Shown here: positions 19,455-25,119 of the stretch, in pieces
Numbering within the stretch: the stretch's first letter is position 1
How the letters are laid out: each line of letters begins with the position of its first letter
IMG/VR virus record: IMGVR_UViG_3300020175_000037
Location: 1-27,325 of that record
Reading direction: 5' to 3' (one strand)
Length of the DNA: 27,325 nucleotides
Origin: a virus
Lineage: Duplodnaviria; Caudoviricetes
Program-made: the position numbers and the translations under genes
The notes under the pieces: generated by a model
The model's input: only the letters and a program-made list of their open reading frames with translations
The model's database searches: none
Told to the model about the DNA's origin: nothing

Positions 19455-19473
19455 TATTGTTAAAAGTGTAATT

Positions 19474-20418
19474 ATGCTCTCACATCACGAGAAACAAGAA
19501 GTTATAAATATATTAAATGATGTTTTGGGCCCTGGTACATCTATGAAAAATGATGAACAGGCTCACTATTGTCCATTTTGTCATCATCATAAGAAAAAGT
19601 TACAAATTAACTTAAAAACTCAATATTGGCATTGTTGGGTTTGTGATGCAAAGGGAAGAAAGATTCAGAGATTACTTAAAAGACTTCATGTAGATTCTCG
19701 TAAATTAAAGAAATTATATGAAATCTATGGTGATGATTACATAGTTTATAGTAAAGATACTGAAGATGAAAAGATAGAATTACGATTACCAAATGAATTT
19801 AAATCACTTTTAAAAGAACCAAAGGGTAAAATTAACCCAATATATAAAAAATCAATTCAATATGCTAAAGATAGGAAAATCAGTAATGAAGATATTATCA
19901 AGTATAACATTGGATATTGTGATGGTGGTATGTACTCTGGTAGGATTATTATTCCTTCTTATGATTCTGATAATAGACTTAACTATTTTATCGCCAGGTC
20001 GGTCTTTATCGATGAAAAGTTTAAATATAAAAATCCACCGGTTTCTAAAAACGTTATCATGTTCGAAAACCAAATAAATTGGAATGAACCTATAACATTA
20101 GTAGAAGGTGTATTTGATGCAATTGCAGTAAAACGAAATGCAATTCCTATACTCGGTAAGTTCGTACCTAGAAAATTAAATGATGCTATATTTAGTAATG
20201 GAGTAAAAAATCTTAACATCTTATTAGATGAAGATGCTCAAAACCAAGCGTTACATTACACTATGCAATATACCAACCAAGGTATTCAAACAAAAAACAT
20301 TAAACCCACAGACAAAGATGCATCTGATATGGGATTCACAGAAGTAAATAATAAATTAAAAGAATCTAAGAAAACAGGATTCGGTGATGTTATATCACAA
20401 AAGTTAAAAGGTTTATGA
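19474..20418 (+). CDS. DnaG-type phage DNA primase
   Basis: Zinc finger CPFC...HCWVC, RIIIP, YFIAR, KYKNP, and TOPRIM motifs LVEGVFDA, LDED and KDASD. Confidence 0.92.
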   Translation: MLSHHEKQEVINILNDVLGPGTSMKNDEQAHYCPFCHHHKKKLQINLKTQYWHCWVCDAKGRKIQRLLKRLHVDSRKLKKLYEIYGDDYIVYSKDTEDEKIELRLPNEFKSLLKEPKGKINPIYKKSIQYAKDRKISNEDIIKYNIGYCDGGMYSGRIIIPSYDSDNRLNYFIARSVFIDEKFKYKNPPVSKNVIMFENQINWNEPITLVEGVFDAIAVKRNAIPILGKFVPRKLNDAIFSNGVKNLNILLDEDAQNQALHYTMQYTNQGIQTKNIKPTDKDASDMGFTEVNNKLKESKKTGFGDVISQKLKGL

Positions 20419-23400
20419 TAATAAATAAAGTTTACCATTTGGCAGATTTACATATTAGAAATCTCCAAAGGCACAAAGAATACAAATTCGTATTCAAAAA
20501 ATTCTTAAAACAAGTTAAACAAGACAATATAGAGGATTCTCTAATCTATATTGCAGGTGATATTGCTCACGCAAAAACTGAGATGTCACCAGAACTAGTA
20601 CATGAAATAAGTTGGTTTCTTACCGAATGTGCTAAGTTAAGAGAAACTGTATTAATCACAGGTAACCATGATTGTAATTTAAATAATTCACACAGACTCG
20701 ATGTACTCACACCTATTATCCAAAATCTTGGAAACGATAGAATTCATTATCTTCGTGATACTGGTGTTTACAATATCCATAATCTTACTTTCGTTGTCTA
20801 TTCTATATTGGATAACAAAGAAAATTGGCCTAAAGGAAATACCATTGATGGAGAAAATACAATCTGTCTTTTTCATGGACCGGTAAACAAAGCTCAAACA
20901 GATATCGGCTATACCGTTTCCTCTAACTCATTTCAAGTAGATATGTTTGATGGATTCGATATGGCCATGTTGGGTGATATCCATAAAAGACAAACATTTG
21001 GACCTGGTTATGAACACATTGCATATGCTGGTTCTATGGTTCAACAGAATCATGGTGAGTTATTGGAAAACCATGGTTATCTACTTTGGGATATCCCTAC
21101 AAGAACTTTTACAGAACATCATATCCACAATGATTATGGATTCTTAACAGTTGATGTAGTTGATGGTAAAATACCTCAATGGGTGTATGATGAAGTTGGT
21201 ACTAAACTTCCAAAGTATCCAAGATTAAGATTGAGATTCACAAGAACAGAAGCTTCTGATATGAAGAGAAAAATAACTGAACTAAAGAAGTTATTCAAAG
21301 TTGCTGAAGTTACTGTAACAAGAACTGATACAATCGGACAACTAAAAACAAATCAAAAGGTAAACAAAAACATTGTTGGTAATGTTAAAGATGAAACCTT
21401 CCAAAATCAACTCATCAGAGATTACTTAGAAAGACAGTATTTGTTAGAAGATGAAGAGTTGGATAAGATTGCAGAAATCAACTCAGAACTAAATTCACAT
21501 ATAGATGATTCGGATTCAATGGGTAACATTCTATGGACACCAAAACAATTTGAATTCTCTAATATGTTTTCGTATGGTGAAGGTAATTTAATCCGATTTG
21601 ATAAAGCACAAGGTATCATGGGTATCTTTGCTCCTAACGCAAGTGGTAAATCTTCTATGTGGGATGCACTATCGTTTTGTATCTATGATAAAACTTCTCG
21701 TACAAATATTTCTAAAAACGTTTTAAACAATCGTAAATCAACTTTCTATTGTAAGTTTAACTTTGAGATAGATGGAATAGATTACTTCATTGAGAGAAAA
21801 GCAAAGTATGTTAGGAAAGGTACATCTGTTAAGGTTGATGTAAACTTTTGGAGTGATGACAATGGAGTTATAGAATCACTTAATGGAGAACAACGAAAAG
21901 ATACTAATAAAGAAATAGAAAAGTACTTAGGTAAGTTTGAAGATTTCGTCCTTACTGCTCTTTCCCTACAAGGAAACAATGCACTGTTTATAGATAAATC
22001 ACAAAGTGAAAGAAAAGAAATACTTTCACAATTCATAGGTGTAAACATCTTTGATAAACTATATCAGAAAGCATCTGATGAGAACCGAGATAATGCAACA
22101 CTTATCAGAAAATTCAAGTCGGATGATTTTACGACAAAATTAGCGGAAATCGACACAGATTTAAAGTCAAACAAAAACGAGTATAAGTTATTAGAGATAA
22201 ACCAAAAATCTTTAAAGGACGAAGAAGATGTGTTGAACAAAAGGATTATATCCCTTAATGGAAAAATTGTAAATCTAAATGCTGATAGTGGAGTATCGAT
22301 AGAAGAGTTAGAAAAAAGATTTAACATCCTCGAATCCAAACGAGATACAATTCAAACAAATAAAAAATCTACACAAGATAGAATTACACATCGAGAAGAA
22401 CTACAACTTACATTAGAAGAAATATTAGATAAGTTTGATGAAGAAGATTTAGAAGAAGGAATTACAAAATTAAAAACATTAAAGAAGAATTTAAGTAATA
22501 TTGACACAGAAATAGAAAAAGTAAATATAAAATTAGAATCTTTATACGAAAGAAAAGAACATTTAGATTCTCACAAATATAATGAAGATTGTAATATTTG
22601 TATGGAAAATTCTAAATCTATTTTAGAAACAAAAGTAGAAGTAGATTCTAAAATTCAAGATGGTGAAAGTTACTTACAAGATTTTGAGAAACAAAAATTA
22701 GATTTAAATATTGAAATAGATTCTTTAAAAGGTTATGAAAAAGAGTGGAGTAATTTTCAAGAGGCACAAGAAAAAGAAGATAAGATTGATAGAGAGATTG
22801 GTGGACTTATAAACAAGTTATCAACAATTGAAACTGAAGAATTACGAAATTCACAACAAATTACTCAACAAGATACTCTTATAAAAGAATATTACAAGAA
22901 TGAAAAGCAAATTAATAAGAATAGAGAAATCAGAGATGAGATTAGTGGAGTAAGAGAAAAACTTAAAATTGTTAAGGATGAACTCAAAGGAGTTAATACA
23001 GATATCCTTAAATTAAATGGTAAAGTATCGGCATTACAAAACCAAAAAGAAACTATTGAAGATAGAATCAATGAGGTTAAAGAACTAGAATCTCAGAGTA
23101 GATTATTTGATTTCTACTTAAATGCTCTTTCTAAAGATGGTGTATCTTATGAATTGATTGAAAAAGCATTACCAATGATTGAGGGTGAGGTAAATAATAT
23201 TTTAGGTCAAATAGTAGACTTCGGAATGCAGTTAGAGATTGATGGTAAGAACATTAATGCATATCTTGTATATGGAGACCAAAGATGGAGTTTAGAAATG
23301 TGTAGTGGTATGGAAAGATTTATTAGTGGGTTAGCAATTAGAGTTGCTTTAATCAATGTATGTAACCTACCAAGACCTAATTTCCTTGTGATAGATGAAG

Positions 23401-23573
23401 GGTTTGGAACATTAGATAGTGAGAACTTACAATCTTTATTTATGTTGTTTACATATCTTAAAACTCAGTTTGATTTCGTTATGGTAATCTCACATATTGA
23501 TTCAATGAGAGATGTTGTAGATGGTTTGATTGAAATTAAAAAAGAAAAAGGATTTTCCCAAGTTAAATTTTAA
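20415..23573 (+). CDS. Mre11/SbcD nuclease - Rad50/SbcC ATPase fusion protein (gp47-gp46-like)
   Basis: Phosphoesterase motifs ADLH, GDIAH, GNHD, FHG, GDIH. Walker A APNASGKS, Q-loop LQG, coiled coil with CNIC hook, signature CSGMER, Walker B/D-loop LVIDEGFGTLD, H-loop ISH. ATGA overlap with the primase. Confidence 0.95.
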   Translation: MIINKVYHLADLHIRNLQRHKEYKFVFKKFLKQVKQDNIEDSLIYIAGDIAHAKTEMSPELVHEISWFLTECAKLRETVLITGNHDCNLNNSHRLDVLTPIIQNLGNDRIHYLRDTGVYNIHNLTFVVYSILDNKENWPKGNTIDGENTICLFHGPVNKAQTDIGYTVSSNSFQVDMFDGFDMAMLGDIHKRQTFGPGYEHIAYAGSMVQQNHGELLENHGYLLWDIPTRTFTEHHIHNDYGFLTVDVVDGKIPQWVYDEVGTKLPKYPRLRLRFTRTEASDMKRKITELKKLFKVAEVTVTRTDTIGQLKTNQKVNKNIVGNVKDETFQNQLIRDYLERQYLLEDEELDKIAEINSELNSHIDDSDSMGNILWTPKQFEFSNMFSYGEGNLIRFDKAQGIMGIFAPNASGKSSMWDALSFCIYDKTSRTNISKNVLNNRKSTFYCKFNFEIDGIDYFIERKAKYVRKGTSVKVDVNFWSDDNGVIESLNGEQRKDTNKEIEKYLGKFEDFVLTALSLQGNNALFIDKSQSERKEILSQFIGVNIFDKLYQKASDENRDNATLIRKFKSDDFTTKLAEIDTDLKSNKNEYKLLEINQKSLKDEEDVLNKRIISLNGKIVNLNADSGVSIEELEKRFNILESKRDTIQTNKKSTQDRITHREELQLTLEEILDKFDEEDLEEGITKLKTLKKNLSNIDTEIEKVNIKLESLYERKEHLDSHKYNEDCNICMENSKSILETKVEVDSKIQDGESYLQDFEKQKLDLNIEIDSLKGYEKEWSNFQEAQEKEDKIDREIGGLINKLSTIETEELRNSQQITQQDTLIKEYYKNEKQINKNREIRDEISGVREKLKIVKDELKGVNTDILKLNGKVSALQNQKETIEDRINEVKELESQSRLFDFYLNALSKDGVSYELIEKALPMIEGEVNNILGQIVDFGMQLEIDGKNINAYLVYGDQRWSLEMCSGMERFISGLAIRVALINVCNLPRPNFLVIDEGFGTLDSENLQSLFMLFTYLKTQFDFVMVISHIDSMRDVVDGLIEIKKEKGFSQVKF

Positions 23574-23574
23574 T

Positions 23575-24456
23575 ATGAAAGTAGTAGTAACTGGTGGTTT
23601 AGGGTTTATTGGTTCATCATTCGTGGATTTATGTGTTAGTAAAGGCATTGAAGTTTTAGTTATTGATAAAATGACATACGCATCAAATGAGGATTGGTTA
23701 CCAATGGATACTGAATTGTTAGTAAGTGATATATGTGATGTAACTAAAGAAGATTTAGGTGAATATGATTATCTTGTAAACTTTGCAGCAGAATCTCATG
23801 TAGATAGAAGTATCAAAGATGGATTACCATTTGTAAACTCAAACATACAAGGAACTTATAATCTTTTAGAACTTGCAAGAAAAAATCCTAAATTAAAAAA
23901 GTTTGTACAAATCAGTACCGATGAAGTTTATGGTGATTTAGAATTTCTATTTGTTGATGAAGTAGATGAAACTCATGAATTAAAACCATCATCTTATTAT
24001 TCATCAACCAAAGCATCAGCAGATTTAATTGTACAAAGTTGTGGACACACCTATGGTCTACCTTATCTTATAACAAGAACTTGTAATAACTTTGGTATCA
24101 GACAACATAGTGAAAAATTTATTCCTACAATTATTGATTGTATAAAAAATAAAAAAGAAATACCAATGTATGGAGATGGAAAACAAGTTAGAGAATGGAT
24201 TTGGGTAGAAGATAATGTTAGACAAGTATTTAGGTATATGTTAGATTCAGATGAAGGAATCCGAAATATCGGTTCTAAGGAACGATTAACTAATAAACAT
24301 ATAATCCAAAAAGTAGGAGAAATTCTTAAGACAGAACCTCTTATAACATCAGTAGAAGATAGATTAGGACATGATAGAAGGTATGGATTAAAAACAAATT
24401 ATAAAGAAACACCAATAACTAAAACATTATTTGAATATGTTAGTGAAATTAAATGA
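23575..24456 (+). CDS. rmlB: dTDP-glucose 4,6-dehydratase
   Basis: TGGLGFIG, DKMTYA, AAESHVDRS, STDEVYG, YSSTK, NNFG, YGDGKQVREW and DRLGHDRRY. True start is ATG 23575 (MKVVVTGG) rather than 23530. Confidence 0.92.
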   Translation: MKVVVTGGLGFIGSSFVDLCVSKGIEVLVIDKMTYASNEDWLPMDTELLVSDICDVTKEDLGEYDYLVNFAAESHVDRSIKDGLPFVNSNIQGTYNLLELARKNPKLKKFVQISTDEVYGDLEFLFVDEVDETHELKPSSYYSSTKASADLIVQSCGHTYGLPYLITRTCNNFGIRQHSEKFIPTIIDCIKNKKEIPMYGDGKQVREWIWVEDNVRQVFRYMLDSDEGIRNIGSKERLTNKHIIQKVGEILKTEPLITSVEDRLGHDRRYGLKTNYKETPITKTLFEYVSEIK

Positions 24457-24883
24457 ATTCCAAGATGATAGAGGTTCTCTTACTTGTATAGATACAAAAA
24501 AATGGGACCAAGTTAATATAAGTAAAAATTTAAAAGAATTTACTTTTAGAGGAATGCATTATCAAACTAACCCAAGACAAGAAAAACAAATAATTGTAAC
24601 CAAAGGAAAAATAATTGATTTTATTTACAATCTAAAAACTAAAATATTAGAAGCATATCATTTATCTGAAGGTGAGTGTGTATATGTAAATAAACATTCT
24701 GCACATGGGTTTTTAACACTAGAAGATAATACAGTAGTTACTTATCTAGTAAAGGGGAAATATAACCCTAAAAAAGAACATTCTATTGTATGGAAAAATA
24801 TACCCCACTTAAAGACTATTATCTTAAGTCATTGTAAAGAATCTGAACTTGTTATATCTCAAAAAGATAACGAAGGAAAGTAA
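24437..24883 (+). CDS. rmlC: dTDP-4-dehydrorhamnose 3,5-epimerase (cupin)
   Basis: DDRG, RGMHYQ, AHGFLTL and YLV..Y. ATG 24437 preferred over TTG 24431. Confidence 0.88.
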   Translation: MLVKLNEFQDDRGSLTCIDTKKWDQVNISKNLKEFTFRGMHYQTNPRQEKQIIVTKGKIIDFIYNLKTKILEAYHLSEGECVYVNKHSAHGFLTLEDNTVVTYLVKGKYNPKKEHSIVWKNIPHLKTIILSHCKESELVISQKDNEGK

Positions 24884-25042
24884 TTATTTTACTCTTAGTA
24901 CATTTGTTGGTTTAGGTTGACTTAATCTTTGTCTTATTAACCTCTCAATCAATCCACTTTTAGAATATCCATTATCACAGCAGTAATCGTGTAATTCCTT
25001 ATATAACTCCCTTTTAACTTGTATTGTAGTGTATTTTCCCAT
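24884..25042 (-). CDS. Ribbon-helix-helix (CopG/Arc/MetJ-like) DNA-binding protein, 52 aa
   Basis: Hand translation MGKYTTIQVKRELYKELHDYCCDNGYSKSGLIERLIRQRLSQPKPTNVLRVK shows strand TTIQV, helix, G-x-S turn and helix. Fills the gap exactly, with its stop abutting the rmlC stop. Absent from the ORF track. Confidence 0.8.
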   Translation of the reverse strand: MGKYTTIQVKRELYKELHDYCCDNGYSKSGLIERLIRQRLSQPKPTNVLRVK

Positions 25043-25045
25043 AAT

Positions 25046-25080
25046 CTATATAATTCTATATAATATATATTTATAAATAT
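25046..25080. promoter_or_regulatory. Divergent control region: CTATATAAT direct repeats and 14-bp palindrome ATATTTATAAATAT
   Basis: CTATATAAT at 25046-25054 and 25056-25064. The palindrome at 25067-25080 reads ATATTTATA on both strands. Confidence 0.55.
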
Positions 25081-25089
25081 TATTTCAAG

Positions 25090-25099
25090 ATATTTATAT
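25090..25099 (+). promoter_or_regulatory. ATATTTATAT putative phage late promoter motif
   Basis: Exact copy, 20 nt before ATG 25120. Confidence 0.75.
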
Positions 25100-25119
25100 A
25101 AAGAAATTAGGAAATTTTT

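Noticed and set aside
10543-19510. Canonical T4 late promoter TATAAATA on the + strand (e.g. 10543-10550, near 17125, 19503-19510)
   Set aside because: These copies are inside coding sequence and not positioned before starts, so they are expected by chance in AT-rich DNA.
1689-22339. Short alternative-frame and antisense ORFs in the supplied track (e.g. 1689-1958, 2626-2943, 3242-3589, 4184-4453, 6786-7055, 7656-7958, 7952-8164, 10105-10293, 10519-10746, 12889-13254, 15383-15571, 15704-15889, 18892-19074, 19852-20219, 20688-21147, 21422-22339)
   Set aside because: All lie within or across longer, motif-supported + strand genes, have no recognisable motifs and show the composition expected of shadow frames.
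9764-23573. Inteins or introns in the very long ORFs
   Set aside because: No C/S-start...HN-C/S/T splice motifs or LAGLIDADG blocks were seen. The lengths are explained by domain fusion and coiled coil.
23530-23574. N-terminal extension MKLKKKKDFPKLNFN on RmlB
   Set aside because: It overlaps the end of the Mre11-Rad50 gene. The Rossmann fold begins at ATG 23575, immediately after that gene's stop.
282-25119. tRNA or structured ncRNA in intergenic gaps
   Set aside because: Gaps are about 100 nt or less and are accounted for by terminators and promoter motifs. No cloverleaf or T-loop signature was seen.
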